DNA of 64,000 nucleotides from contig NC_042997.1 in assembly GCF_006345805.1 (NCBI RefSeq), positions 191,394,001 to 191,458,000 on the forward strand. Direction: 5' to 3'. Made by a program: the position numbers and the translations under genes. This DNA comes from Octopus sinensis (lineage: Eukaryota). Below, piece after piece: positions 39,201-50,310 of this stretch. Positions within the stretch are counted from its first letter, which is position 1. The number at the start of each line of letters is the position of its first letter. Under the pieces are notes generated by a model that ran no database searches, was not told the origin of the DNA, and saw only the letters and a program-made list of their open reading frames with translations.

Positions 39201-41585
39201 TATACACATGACAGACTTCTTTCAGTTTCCGTCTACCAAATCCACTCACAAGGCTTTGGTCGGCCCGAGGCTATAGTAGAAGACACTTGCCCAAGGTGCC
39301 ACGCAGTGGTACTGAACCCGGAACCATGTGATTCATAAGCAAGCTACTTACCACACAGCCACTCCTATGCCTATGTTAAATTTAATACTTATTTATTTAC
39401 ATTGTTTTGAATTAATCATGCATTGTTATCTCATAGCTTTGAGATTTTTATGATGTGATTGTTTATTTTTAGAGTGACATTTTAGGGTAGGTCTGAAAGG
39501 TGGATCTGGTCAGTTTGAACATAACATGGATAAAATATCTGGGCTAGATATGGCCAATTTAAATGCTAAGGGGTGAAACAACAACAATTCTTTAGTTGGT
39601 AGATTGGCAGTGTCATTAGAGCAGTGTGTGGTGTTTGTTTTGAATTTTTGAAGTCTAAGTTCATGGATAACTTTCATCTGTTTGGAATCGATAAAAATGT
39701 ACCAATCCAGGGTAATGGATTGATGGAACTGTAAGGATGTTGGGCTGGATGCCTCATGGTATTTGTTTCAGTCCTTTGTGCTCCTGAATTCAAATCCTAC
39801 CAACACCAGCTTTCAAGGACAATAAAATAACATTCCTGTCTCACTCAGTCATTTCCTTGTTCAATGGGGCTCAAGTAATCCCAGGTAATCCTAGAGGTAT
39901 CATTATGCATAGAGTTGACTGAGTCCACCAGTGCCTCCCCCCCCCCATTGCTGGTGGTCCCATGTCAGCCCCTCTGCATCTCTCAAGATGACATCAAACC
40001 TCTAGAGATCTTCTTTAATTATGTCCAACCATCTGGTACAGAGCCTGCCACAGGACCTCTTCCAGCCTGCAGCTGCTGCAGTGGAGGTGCAATGGCCCAG
40101 TGGTTAGGGCAGCAGACTCGCAGTTGGAGGATCGCGGTTTCGATTCCCAGACTGGGCGTTGTGTGTGTTTATTGAACGAAAAACACCTAAAGATCCATGA
40201 GGCTCCAGCAGGGGGTGGTGGCGACCCCTGTTGTACTCTTTCGCTCCAACTTTCTCTCACTCTTTCTTCCTGTTTCTTGTCCCCAACTTCCTACGCAACC
40301 GCTGAGCCTGGATGCGCATTCATCCATCCATCGATGCTCTCGGTGTCGGGGGTTGACCGGCTTTCTCTTCTGCAGGTCTTATGAATAGCAAAGGACCACG
40401 TTTTGGACTTCTCCCACTAAACTCTGGGACGAAGACCACTTCGCTCAACAAACAAACAAACAAACAAACAAGCAGCTGCTGTAATGAACAAGAGTAAGGT
40501 TATGATAGGAGGATGTCCATACCAGTGGATGGCTATTAGGTGGAAGGTTGTAGACTGATGCATGCAGCTCATCACATACCCTTGTAGGTTAGTTGGAGCA
40601 CCATAACATTTGTTCTGTCTTTTTGCATTCTATGTTGTTGGGTGGCAGACTTAATCTGTTACTCTGCTTTGACATCACCAGTGTCTTTAAGTGCCCGTAG
40701 TGAAGTCCACTCTGTTACAAGCAGTCAGGCTAGGTTCCTGGTTTGAGGATATCTTACATTCTTCCTCCCACCAATCTTGGAAGCCCTGTAAAGGGTTATA
40801 GACGTTGACTTCCTGGCTTACTAAAAACAAAAAAAGAAAATTTTTTTAAAAATTAAAACCATGTTAATGGAGTTTTTTTTATATTTTAAATTTTTTTATT
40901 TACTTTTGAATAATTCCAGTTAAAATCCAACATGAAAATCTTTGAAGCCCTGTATAGGGTCATAGACATTGACTTCCTACCTTACTAAAAATAAAAAAAG
41001 AAAATTTTTTTTTTAATTAAAACCATGTTAATGGAGTTTTTTTTTTTTTTATTTTTATTTAATTTTGAATAATCCAGTTAAAATCCAACATGAAAATCTT
41101 GGAAGCCCTGTAAAGGGTCATAGACATTGACTTCCTACCTTACTAAAAATAAAAAAGGAAAAAATTTTTTTTAAAATTAAAACCATGTTAATGGAGTTTT
41201 TATTTTTTTTTATTTTTATCTAATTTTGAATAATCCAGTTAAAATCCAACATGAAAATCTTGGAAACCCTGTAAAGGGTCATCGACATTGACTTCCTACC
41301 TTACTAAAAATAAAAAAATAAAATTTTTTTTTTAGATTAAAAGCATGAATTAATGGAGTTTTTAAAAAAAAATTTTTATTTAATTTTGAATAATTCCAGT
41401 TAAAATCCAACATGAAAAAAGAGTTACGTAGCAAGATGGAGAAAGACATCCACACCATCCAGAAGCAGCTGTGTGATGACGATGACCACATTCACTTCCG
41501 TCAACTCGACACTGACAGGTTAAAACAAGAGTTACAAATGGCTAATTATGTTTTTAAATCTCGACCGCATCAGTACGTTGAATGA
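6307..41585 (+). CDS. CEP95: CEP95 orthologue, 17 coding exons (5'-partial; start exon not located)
   Basis: Hand-spliced exons 6307-6435, 8664-8897, 11201-11273, 13375-13472, 16566-16880, 19353-19389, 20268-20360, 23655-23832, 25122-25214, 25962-26022, 28647-28703, 31149-31315, 32403-32477, 33941-34093, 35552-35685, 36493-36577, 41400-41585 join in one open frame (2168 nt). The N-terminus (SLSHITGESIVNG..NLLEIF) and C-terminus (ARRYYDDF, SMENYYCDQF, KELRSKMEKDI) match recalled vertebrate CEP95 motifs. Confidence 0.9.
8664..8897 (+). CDS. CEP95: CEP95 exon (EDNIHNCQVVIDAL...SLSHITGE...NLLEIF)
   Basis: Strong tttttccag acceptor, |gtagtt donor; lies within ORF 8585..8914; conserved motif. Confidence 0.92.
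11201..11273 (+). CDS. CEP95: CEP95 exon (FIQDKAFLADWIQQKHIEDNKEK)
   Basis: tttacag| and |gtgagt; phase 1/2 fits both neighbours. Confidence 0.75.
13375..13472 (+). CDS. CEP95: CEP95 exon (SSPGATSGYTRFAWQDS...IFEP)
   Basis: ctag| and |gtttgc; phase 2/1. Confidence 0.75.
16566..16880 (+). CDS. CEP95: CEP95 exon (ILNRTMTLGSY...RKIIGS)
   Basis: Pyrimidine tract plus taaag|, |gtaaaa donor; core of ORF 16484..17053; phase 1/1. Confidence 0.8.
19353..19389 (+). CDS. CEP95: CEP95 small 37-nt exon (TKPSLFPTNIR)
   Basis: tttttcag| and |gttagt; supplies the phase 1-to-2 change needed for the next exon. Confidence 0.7.
19862..20093 (+). mobile_element. tRNA-type SINE family B (representative of about 20 copies or variants in the window)
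   Basis: A-box-like gagctggcagaa and B-box gagttcaaattc; flanked by the direct repeat ggtatttttcc. Confidence 0.8.
20268..20360 (+). CDS. CEP95: CEP95 exon (NSDSSTQTEKAFYPE...GRSTN)
   Basis: cttgtag| and |gtaagt; phase 2/2. Confidence 0.72.
20417..20781. mobile_element. Palindromic element with asymmetric tail (second copy at 57779-58050)
   Basis: Inverted arms ctgttgtgtctggggagagtc...gactctccccagacacaacag plus a shared ~50-bp tail. Confidence 0.75.
20822..21557 (-). mobile_element. Degenerate Tc1/mariner transposase remnant
   Basis: LWFFSSEKNFCQDQ..N.QNNRW motif; CAGGGTGTGG-type terminus at 21557. Confidence 0.75.
21600..21830 (+). mobile_element. Penelope-like pLTR fragment with a hammerhead-like motif
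   Basis: ctgttgaagagcgtaggctcgaaacgta motif, lying between (TA)n runs. Confidence 0.5.
21906..22214. mobile_element. Fold-back MITE (~130-bp imperfect arms)
   Basis: taatgtgttttgaatg...cttcagatatccc is inverted to gggatatctgaag...cattcaaaacacatta. Confidence 0.7.
23655..23832 (+). CDS. CEP95: CEP95 exon (LLDMIESALKQL...NKQLQ)
   Basis: ctctag| and |gtaagg; phase 2/0. Confidence 0.8.
23862..24366 (+). mobile_element. CR1-like LINE 3' remnant
   Basis: Frameshifted LG.DTL.LRR, T.GH.YK and RVAEAWNKLP..VV motifs; (TTA)n tail. Confidence 0.7.
24583..24975 (+). mobile_element. tRNA-type SINE family A with central (TA/TG)n (representative; about 12 copies)
   Basis: ggagtggctgtgtggtaag head, ggttcagtcc B-box, (gtaaaaga)n-like tail. 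Confidence 0.8.
25122..25214 (+). CDS. CEP95: CEP95 exon (FLKKNYSEDLAQF...ANMK)
   Basis: ttccag| and |gtaagt; phase 0/0. Confidence 0.8.
25280..25708 (-). mobile_element. SINE family A copy, inverted relative to 24583-24975
   Basis: Reverse complement of the family A sequence. Confidence 0.8.
25962..26022 (+). CDS. CEP95: CEP95 exon (EYQNPSRTSVKHQRPLMRRS)
   Basis: tttttag| and |gtaaag; phase 0/1. Confidence 0.75.
28647..28703 (+). CDS. CEP95: CEP95 exon (PSHQCHKRKPVASTSRKT)
   Basis: Long T-tract plus gtctag|, |gtttgt donor; phase 1/1. Confidence 0.7.
31149..31315 (+). CDS. CEP95: CEP95 exon (DLLPTLLDDLPLLHLS..WHELWRKNIVQLE)
   Basis: tttcag| and |gtatgt; resembles the CEP95 LLPLMLEQFP-type segment. 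Confidence 0.88.
32403..32477 (+). CDS. CEP95: CEP95 exon (VKEAEKRREILHDIMKKELSHMQRL)
   Basis: Strong acceptor, |gtaaga; phase 0/0; coiled-coil-like. Confidence 0.88.
33941..34093 (+). CDS. CEP95: CEP95 exon (ARRYYDDFSVRMRSRMMNRKTKEEL)
   Basis: ttacag| and |gtgagt; conserved RYY motif. Confidence 0.9.
35060..35463. repeat. (CAC/CAT/TAC)n low-complexity tract
   Basis: Degenerate trinucleotide repeat. Confidence 0.85.
35552..35685 (+). CDS. CEP95: CEP95 exon (LFKNMFKDSLQMQK...IKSMEN), ending at a U12 donor
   Basis: ttgcag| acceptor; followed directly by ATATCCTTT. Confidence 0.88.
35686..36492 (+). other. U12-type (minor spliceosome) AT-AC intron, 807 nt
   Basis: 5' ATATCCTTT; branch site TTTTCTTAAC at 36474-36483; 3' CAC; removal gives SMEN-Y-YCDQF in frame. 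Confidence 0.9.
36493..36577 (+). CDS. CEP95: CEP95 exon (YCDQFGMLAEAMKKQL...HIK)
   Basis: Follows the AC acceptor; |gtgagt donor; DQF..LAEA motif. Confidence 0.88.
37196..38030 (-). repeat. Tandem array of four SINE family B units
   Basis: cctatttctttactacccacaagg recurs at ~37197, 37381, 37565 and 37799. Confidence 0.88.
40083..40472 (+). mobile_element. tRNA-type SINE family C, (CAAA)n tail; related heads at 46353 (+) and ~49345 (-)
   Basis: tggcccagtggttagg A-box and ggtttcgattccc B-box. Confidence 0.7.
40773..41416 (+). repeat. Four-copy ~160-bp tandem repeat containing the terminal splice acceptor
   Basis: Units start at 40773, 40937, 41095 and 41256, each ending ...ccag|ttaaaatccaacatgaa. 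Confidence 0.92.
41400..41585 (+). CDS. CEP95: CEP95 last coding exon (LKSNMKKELRSKMEKDI...HFRQLD...QYVE*)
   Basis: ttccag| acceptor, TGA at 41583-41585; conserved ELRSKMEK motif. Confidence 0.88.
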   Translation, partial: LKSNMKKELRSKMEKDIHTIQKQLCDDDDHIHFRQLDTDRLKQELQMANYVFKSRPHQYVE

Positions 41586-41954
41586 TTCGTTAAGGAGACG
41601 ACAGTAATCAGCAATCCTTTCTCGATGGTTGCCTAACATCCATCAACACCACCAAACGTGCAGAACGAACTTGATGACTGATTGATTAACTTTTCAAACA
41701 AGATTTCATTTCCATGTAAATATATGCAATACATAAAGCAGATAACATTTGTTTCCATCATCTAACTAAAACAGCAGATAATTAAAACTAATTTTTTTCT
41801 CCTCCTGTTCTGCTGCTATTTTGAAAGCTTTAAGTGCTGCAAAAGTTTTAAGTGCTGCATTGCACCTTAGGCAAGTGTCTTCTACTATAGTCTCAGGCTG
41901 ACCAAAGCCTTGTGAGTGGATTTGGTAGATGGAAACTGAAAGAATCCCGTCGTG

Positions 41955-41985
<31 letters not shown>

Positions 41986-42889
41986 ACGTATGTGTGTATA
42001 TGTGTTTGTGTTTGTCCCCCAACATCTCTTGACAACCAATGCTGGTGTGCTTACGTCTCTGTAACTTAGCGGTTCAGCAAAAGAGACCGATAGAATAAGT
42101 ACTAGGCTTACAAAGAATAAGTTCTGGGGTCGATTTGCTCGACTAAAGGCAGTGCTCCAGCATGGCCACAGTCCAATGACTGAAACAAATAAAAAAAGTT
42201 TATATATATATATATATAATACAAATAAGAAAATGGAGAAACAATTTAGTTGGTTCATCAGCTTTCGGATATTAGAATGTTGAATTATTTATTCATTTAG
42301 CAAAAACGAGAACCTTAATAGCATACATAAGTTAGCTCGCCGGGCGAAATGCGTTGCCGTATTTCGTCTGCCGTTACGTCCCGAGTTCAAATTCCGCCAA
42401 GGTCGACTTTGCCTTTCATCCTTCCGGGGTCGATAAATTAAGTACCAGTTACGCACTGGGGTCGATGTAATCGACTTAATCCCATTGTCTGTCCTTGTTT
42501 GTCTCCTCTGTGTTTAACCCCTTGTGGGTAGTAAAGAAATATATATATATTGCACGCCGCCTCGACTGGCTTCTGTGCCGGTGGCACATAAAAAGCACCA
42601 TCCGAACGTGGCCGATGCCAACCCCGCCTCGAATGGCTTCTGTGCCGGTGGCACATAAAAAGCACCATCCGAACGTGGCCGATGCCAGCACCGCCTCGAC
42701 TGGCTTCTGTGCCAGTGGCACATAAAAAGCACCATCCGAACGTCGCCGATGCCAGCACTGCCTCGACTGGCTTTAGGAAGGGCATCCAGCTGTAGAAACA
42801 CTGCCAGATCAGACTGGAGCCTGCTAGCGCGGAAAACGGACGTTAAACGATGATGATGATATATGTATATACATGTGGGCATGTATATA

Positions 42890-43770
42890 CAGGGTGCAGT
42901 AAATATATTGTCGTCTAAATTAAGCAAAAATGAAAGTAACATGGACATCTCATTTTAACAGATATATTTACCAAAATTACATAAAAATTTCTTGAAATAC
43001 TAAAGGGTAAATTTATTGAATGAAATCATTCATTGACTTCAACCACAGTCTCCAGACAACTTCGAAATCTCCTGCACCTCTTCTGCATGGTTTCCTTGTT
43101 TCAGTTGGTGAATGCTGCCATAATCCTTACCTTCAGTTCATCTTTGATGTTACAAAGAGCTTTGTTGGTCTCTTGCTCAACTGCAACCCACACAATAATC
43201 AAGGGGGTAGCAGCCTGGGGAGTTAGGTGGCCAGATATTAGGGGTCATGTGGTCACAGAAATTGTGTGACTGCCACAAATGGATTCTCCTACATGTGTGG
43301 CATGGTGCAGAGTCCTGTTGCCAGACATAGGGTGTTCCAGCAGCCACCCTCTTGACCCAGGGCAGTATTACTTCCTCCAGGTACTTGATGTAGGCCTCTG
43401 TGTTGAATCTGAGGTCGTTTGGGAAGATGAATGGAGGCATAATGTCACCATCACTAGTCATCACTCTAAACACCATGATATTGGGCAAGCCAACAGTTGT
43501 GTGTTCACCATCTGATCCTGGCAGAAATTTTTCTTGTCTGAGAAAAACCAAAGCATGGGATGCTTGAGTTTGTTCAAAAGCTTCGTAGTGCAGTCTTTCC
43601 TCTTCTCCTTGATGGTTTGGGATAAAAATTGGCCCTTTCTCATCTTGTATGAGGAATACTAAATGTCTTCATGCACTACCTGTCTAAGAAGCTCAGACAC
43701 TCCCATGTCCCTGATTGATTTGGAGGGGTTGTTGTCAATCATGGCCTGGATCTCACCAACAAAGTCGCAT
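42890..43770 (-). mobile_element. Tc1/mariner DD37D (maT-type) transposase remnant
   Basis: FFSDKKNF; WQQDSAPCH...WPPNSP.C.PLDY with 37 residues between the second and third D; TA|CAGGGTG terminus. Confidence 0.82.
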
Positions 43771-45346
43771 ATTGTCCTTGCCTTCGAAATGCGGAGTAGA
43801 TGAAACAGGGACAGCTGATGAAGGGGAATATTCTTTATGTTGCAAGTCTTGTTTCTCTGTTTGTTTTTTTCATTGTTCGAAAAAAAGTTTGTTTTTTATG
43901 TTTTTGTTTTCTCATTGTGTCTACGTTTTTTGATGTCCTGTACTCATATATGCATGTGTATATACATATATATGGAGGTATGTACATATATGTATGTATA
44001 TATGCATATATTTATGTATTATTTATATTATATATATATATATATATATATTAGTATATCATCATCATCATTTAACATCCTCCTCCTGGTTCTGGCATGG
44101 GTTGGGTGCTTTGAAAGATGGTGGCATGTCAGAAGACTATGCCAAGTTATATTGTCTGCTTTGGCATGGTTTCTGCAGCTGGATTTCCTTCCTTACATCA
44201 ACCACTTTAAAGAGTGTACTTGTTGCTTTTTACACAGCACCAGCACTAGTGAGGTCACCAAGTGACTTGCTGGACAAGATCCCTCAACTGAAGGGGAAAT
44301 AGTTTTGAGGGAGATGGCTTAGTGCCAGGTGATGAGAGGTTAGAGTATGACTAGAGGGACAGAAATAAGTGTCTTGCGGTAGAGGAGATCCGTAGCTATC
44401 TTAGTTGAAGAGAGAGAGAATGGAGAGAGCAAAGATGGTTGAGATGTACTGGGGGCACACTCGAGTTGCGGGGAGGTTTGTATAAGTGATGTCAAACCAA
44501 GGATTGCATAGGGTGTGTAAATGGATAAGCTCAAAAGGGGAGCTGGTTATGGAGATGGAGGGGAAGGAATGTAGTGAGTGGACATGACAGGAGGGGGTAG
44601 TATTAGGAAGATATTTTGTAGGGAAGAGATTTGACAGCGGTACATTATGTGCAGGTAAGTTCATGAGGGTGCGAAGGGAGTGGAGAACCTAAGTAGAGGG
44701 AGGGGGAGGTGTTAGGATGATGGGTTATGAAGAAGAGGCTTGTCAGGAATAGATTGTGTGCAGGGGCATGAACATAAATGACCATCTGTATGACCTTGCT
44801 TTTACATAATTAGGCAGGTTTTCTCAAGCACAGCAAATAGCCAATTATTTCAGGCCTTTGTTGTCTCCTCTGTGAGGCTTAACACCTGAAGATAATTTTT
44901 TCACCACTTCATCCCATATTTTCCTAGGTTTTCTTCTTCCCCAGATTCTCTCCATATGTAGATATTGGCACTTTAGCTGTTCATACACAAGCATCATACA
45001 ATTCCCTGATAACTCTAGGGAAGAGGCCCTTAGTAACCAATATGAGTAAAAGTTCTCTGAACTTTACCCAGCTGGCTCTTATTCTCCTCCATTGCTAATC
45101 TGGTCGCCTAGGTAACAGAAACTATCTGCCATCTTGAAGGGTTCCTTTGAGCATTGGAGGAAATCTATTTCCCATATGTGCCTAGTGTTTATAGTTCCTG
45201 CACATCCACCTCTCACAAAGACTACTTTCTCTGTTAATCTTCCTCTGATTCCACTGCCCCACTTATGTATCTATACATTACACTGGGTACACATAGAATT
45301 TCTACCTGCTCCTTTTCTACATACCAAACAGAGCCATTTCCCTTAA

Positions 45347-45566
45347 CCTTTTTGTTACTAACCCGACCAAAACCGGCTCTGGCTCTGTGGTAAAATGTCT
45401 TGTTTTCATAAGTTTTGAATTAGAATATTCCACCAAACCTTAGTCACAATTTACGTTCCTAACACTAGCTTAATGATAACTAAGTTATTTTACTAAATTC
45501 TTTGTTATATTTAAAATAATTGAAAGAAACACAGAGCATCTCGAAATAAATACAGTAACGAAAGAG
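45347..45566. mobile_element. piggyBac-type MITE
   Basis: TTAA on both flanks; reverse-oriented copy at 50092-50310. Confidence 0.7.
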
Positions 45567-46673
45567 TTAAGGGATTAATAATTTATCTGCTTTCCTACTT
45601 ACAAGTGCTTTGGTCTTTGCTAAATTAATGCTAAGGCCCTTTGATTCCAAGCCTTGCTTCTACACCTGAAATTTCTTCCCTAATTCTACAAAAGATTCAG
45701 CTATAAGAACAAGGTAATCAGCTAAGCTCATGTTGGCAACCAGTTTTAATTTCCCCCAAATCCACTCACAAGGCTCTGGTTAACCTGAGGATATAGTTAG
45801 TAGAAGACACTTGTCCAAGGTGCTGCACTGTGGACCTGAACCTGAAACTATAGTTGGTTGGTTGGGAAATGAACTCTTCAACCATGCAACCACACCTCCA
45901 CCTTTGTTGACCCACTCACTATAGCCACCCTTATGTATCTCTAGCCTTCATTTCTCTCATTATGGCCTGATTCAGCCCTGTGGATCATTGGATCTTGTCA
46001 AACTATCCAACCCATTCCAGCTTGGAAAATGGACATTAAATGATGATGATGTATACACACACACATATATGTGCATGCATGTGTTGAATGGAGTTTAATG
46101 AGGCATATTTTCTATGGATGGATGCCCTTCCTCTTGCCAATGCTAGCCTATTTCCAAGCAGGTTAATATTTTCCCATGACCAGATGTGTTTTTGCAGAAT
46201 ACTGGAAATGAATAACAGTGACACTCGTTTACAACTATCATGTGATGTGAAGAGAAAGTGACACAAGCATACACACAGACAAATATTGATAATGTTCATT
46301 CTCTCTTTCCTCTTTATAAATTGTGTGACTCCGTCCATGTGTGTGTGTGTGTGGAGGCGTAATGGCCCAGTGGATAGGGTAGTGGACTCACGGTCAGAGG
46401 ATCGGGGTTTCGATTCCCAGACCAGGCGTTGTGTGTGTTTATTGAGTGAAAACACCTAAAGTTCCACGAGGCTCCGGCAGGGGGTGGTGGCGATCTCTGT
46501 TGTACTCTTTCGCTCCAACTTTCTCTCACTCTTTCTTCCTGTTTCTTGAGTAACACTGTGATGGACTGGCGTCCCGTCCAGCTGGGGGGGAACACACACG
46601 CCATGGAAACTGGGCCCATGAGCCTAGCTAGGCTTGAAAAGGGCGCATAAATAAAAAAAAATATATATATATA

Positions 46674-47381
46674 CACCTCTTCCTCAACTTACGAATGTGT
46701 CCCACTCCGACTGACAGGTCGTAAGTTGATCTAGTTGTATGTTAGATTTTTATTTTTCAACACTATTTTCATTCAAACAGGTTATAAAAATATAAAGCAC
46801 AAAAATTTAATCCATGATTATTGTACATAATGAAAAACACATATGTACTCTACTGTACTGTAAACAAAAATACAGTCTAAAATTAATGTAAAAATTAATA
46901 CGAATGATATTCTATATATATATATATATATACAATAAAAAAATTGTTTCTGTGAAAAGAGTCCAATTGAAAATAAATTTTTAATCTTCACAGTCATGTT
47001 CTTGGGTTGAGGTAGATGGTTTTTCAAGGAACATGGTGAGATTTATTTGAATAGTTTTTTTCTTTTTTCATCATATATCATACAATAACAATGCACAGCA
47101 TCTTGAATGATACTTCAACCTTTGCAAAACATTTGACATTAGGGTCTATTGCTTTGAAACTAGTGAGAGCTGTCACTCTGTATGCTTTCAATTCAATCAA
47201 CTCTTCATCTGAAAGTTCTTTTGCCTCACAATCTAGCCATGTTTATGCCTGGGTCTGAGGGAGGCCTGCATTGTCAGATGCTGCCATAGTTATCATACAT
47301 GCAGCTATCCAACGTCCGAAAATTGATTTCATATTTTAACTATTTATTTATTGTTTGTGGTTGTAAGTTGAGGAGAAATCG
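46674..47381 (-). mobile_element. Tigger/pogo-like deleted element
   Basis: Imperfect TIRs (cctcaacttac / gtaagttgagg), TA flanks; minus-strand remnants ELSDEELIEL and DPNV..F.KV. Confidence 0.65.
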
Positions 47382-47606
47382 TATATGAAGACAAACACCA
47401 ATTTTTCTATGTGATCAGCTTGAAGAACTGTTAAGATATTTCTTAACATGAAACCAATGGTAGCCTTGATACACATCTAAAGAATCTTTATCCACCAATG
47501 CTGTGTTGAGTACTTGTTCTCATTGTTTGATATTTATGTATCAATGTTTCTGGCATTCTTGAACATTGGATAAGCACTAAACACAAACAAAGAGTCAAAA
47601 CAGACC

Positions 47607-48120
47607 ATGGTAAAACACAAAATAAGAACATCATTGAAGAATATTCCTATACCACCAAGGATAGTGTACATCAAGCATCTTATCAATAAAACAGAAAACA
47701 TCCCAAGGAGAATAAAATAGAACGCCTAGTTTTTCGATAAAGGTACGTGCAGCCCCCATTCGGAGGACAGTTATTTTTTTAGATTTTACAGAAATCTACC
47801 ACATATTAAAGACCTAGATAATTTTGAAGACAATCTCATGAAATTAATTAAAAATGTCTAATTTAACCATAAATCCAACAACTACCACCACAAACTGCAA
47901 ACATACTTTGAACCTTTCAAAACATCTCCAAACATGTTTATTAAAGCAGATAAAATATAAAATGTTTATGAAGTAAACAACCACACACATAGCAGCAAAT
48001 TACTAACCAATAATATAATGAAAATATTTAAGAAAACAAGTCCCACCACCTATATTTTAGTCAATGTTGAAGCAAAAAAAATTAGCTACAAAATTTAAAA
48101 TCAAAGATAGAGTAGAACAA
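47607..48120 (+). mobile_element. Penelope-like element ORF N-terminal remnant
   Basis: M...SLKNIPIPP..YIKHLINKTE; DLDNFEDNLMKLIKNV; FIKADK; EAKKLA..KIKDRVE, broken by stops and frameshifts. Confidence 0.65.
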
Positions 48121-49416
48121 AATAGGTCCGGAGTGAGATGGTGAGGGAAGTGGCAGGAAATTGTAAAAAAAGACATTTTTCAAAACTTTTTTCCTACAAT
48201 GATGCTCCACCTCCACCCCATCATTTCAAAGGCTGTGGTTTAAAAAAAATTTGGAAAATCCCCATCAAAACAGTAGTTCTAACTTATTTGAGCTTCCTGA
48301 TCTGAAACTATTTTACCGAAACTTCTCCCTTTCTCTCTCAGAAATACTTTCCCCACAAATTTCTTTATAATTGTAATTTAAACCGTTTGAAAGGTATTTG
48401 TATTAACTTTCATTAAAAGATAATCATTTTCCTGAAAGTTATGAGGAAAAAAGTCAGATTGTGTGAATTTTCCGAAACTCCTCTCTCCACTCCCTCAGAA
48501 AAATTCTTTCCCATAAATCCCTATATATTCTGAAGCTACAACATCTAAGCGGTATTTAGAGAAAATTTGTGTATTCGATCTTTTCATTTCATGCATATTT
48601 CATTTATTGTTTGAAATGTTCTTTCTCACATACACACATTGCAAGGCTTACAGATGGACTGCTGAATTGAAATCTCTGTTGCTTTGAGAGTAAGGTAAAA
48701 CTTGACAAACTGGTTCCCTCTCCATAGTTGGACTACTTTGATGTTTGTTTAAAAAAGAGAAATTATGACTGATAAAATAACGAAAGCAGTAGTTACTAAG
48801 CAAGTGAGCACTATTATGCAATGAAATAATTAGACGTAAAATATCATAAAAATTATTAAAATTGGGAATCAAATGGGAAAATATTATCAAGTGACTAGTA
48901 GAAAACTACCCAGGGGGCAGTCTTTCTGCTAGTAGTATGTGCATATATATATGTGTGTGTATAGATATATAGTATATTTTTATATATCTGTATGTCGTGG
49001 CACTCCGTCGGTTATGATGATGAGGGTTCCAGTTGATCGAATCAACGGAACAGCCTGCTCGTGAAATTAACGCGCAAGTGGCTGAGCACTCCACAGACAC
49101 GTATACCCTTAATATAGTTCTCTGGGAGATTCAGCGTGATACAATGTGTGACAAGGCTGGCCCCTTTGAAATACAAGTACAACAGAAAACTGGAAGAAAG
49201 AGTGAGAGAAAGTTGTGGTGAAAAAGTACAGCAGGGTTTGCCATCACCCCCTGCCAGAACCTCGTGGAGCTTTAGGTGTTTTCGCTCAATAAACACTCAC
49301 ACCACCTGGTCTGGGAATCGAACCGCGATCCTACGACCACAAGTCCACTGCCCTAACCAGTGGGCCATGTATGTATGTAAATATATAATATATGCATGTG
49401 TGTGTGTATACATATA

Positions 49417-49628
49417 CAGGATGGCCCAAAAGTAGGTTTACAGTTATCACGTAGGCACTTTAAATTTCTTTTAAAACATTTTACTACATTTAAATTTCTA
49501 TCTAACAATTAACTAAATTAGGATAGAATAATGGTTTCATATTTTTTTATAATTAAGATCTAAACTGTTAATATATGAACACGAAAGAGATAGTTGAACA
49601 ACTGTAAACCTACTTTTGGGCCACCCTG
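49417..49628. mobile_element. Tc1/mariner MITE
   Basis: ~28-bp TIRs caggatggcccaaaagtaggtttacagtt / aactgtaaacctacttttgggccaccctg; TA flanks. Confidence 0.85.
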
Positions 49629-49762
49629 TATGTATCAGTGATGTGCACTCCAGCCATGCAAGTTATACATTACATAGCTGTTTATTTTTTATATAAATCC
49701 AAAAATAAATTTAAAAGAAAGTAATTCTATCTGTAACTACATTGAAAACTGAACCGACCCAT

Positions 49763-49937
49763 AAGTACGATGAAAGATTGGCAAGCCACTTCTGTTTTCT
49801 CAGGTTTCTCAAACAGAATTCAAAATGGTTTGATCAATGTGGTTCAAAATGTTATGTTGAACGAAATAGAAAATGAACTGAAGCAGGTTAAATTTGTAGC
49901 TATTCTTGTAGATGAGACTTCCAATGCTCAAAAATAA
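49763..49937 (+). mobile_element. hAT transposase (ZMYM1/DUF4371-like) remnant
   Basis: SNRIQNGLINVVQNVMLNEIENELKQVKFVAILVDETS*. Confidence 0.7.
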
Positions 49938-50091
49938 ACTTGATTTCTCAGCAGTTTGTGAAATGTTAGGGAGGAAATAGGGAATCAAGGAGAAATCCAA
50001 ATTAAGAGACCTAGGAATGAATCTGTTGTTCCCCAACAACATTATAGAATTCTCTTTAGTAAAATTATTGGCACAATTGTTGACCATTTAA

Positions 50092-50310
50092 CCCTTTCGT
50101 TTCTGTATTTATTTTGGGATGCTCTGTGTTTCTTTCAATTAATTTTAAATATAACAAAGAATTTAGTAAAATAGCTTAGTTATTCAGCTAGTGTTAGGAA
50201 CGTAAATTGTGACTACGGTTTAGTGGAAGATTTTAATTAAAATCTTATGAAAACAAGACATTTGTACTACAAAGCCAGAGCTGGTTTCAGCTGGGTTGGT
50301 AACAAAAGGG
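50092..50310. mobile_element. piggyBac-type MITE
   Basis: TTAA|CCCTTT ... AAAGGG|TTAA. Confidence 0.75.

Noticed and set aside
40083-40155. tRNA-like sequences at SINE heads
   Set aside because: They continue into SINE bodies and lack a proper cloverleaf; not tRNA genes.
43780-43830. CTGATGA/GAAA hammerhead-like words (also near 22970 and 23522)
   Set aside because: A complete three-stem fold with a UH cleavage site could not be built.
45103-45116. RFX X-box-like motif gtcgcctaggtaac (also ccatagcaac near 14113)
   Set aside because: Not near an identifiable promoter, and short motifs like this are expected by chance.
47400-48760. Possible minus-strand exons (acceptor near 47577, GTAAGC donor near 48650) of a convergent neighbouring gene
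   Set aside because: No recognisable protein in any frame, the frame is ambiguous, and the acceptor abuts a Penelope remnant.
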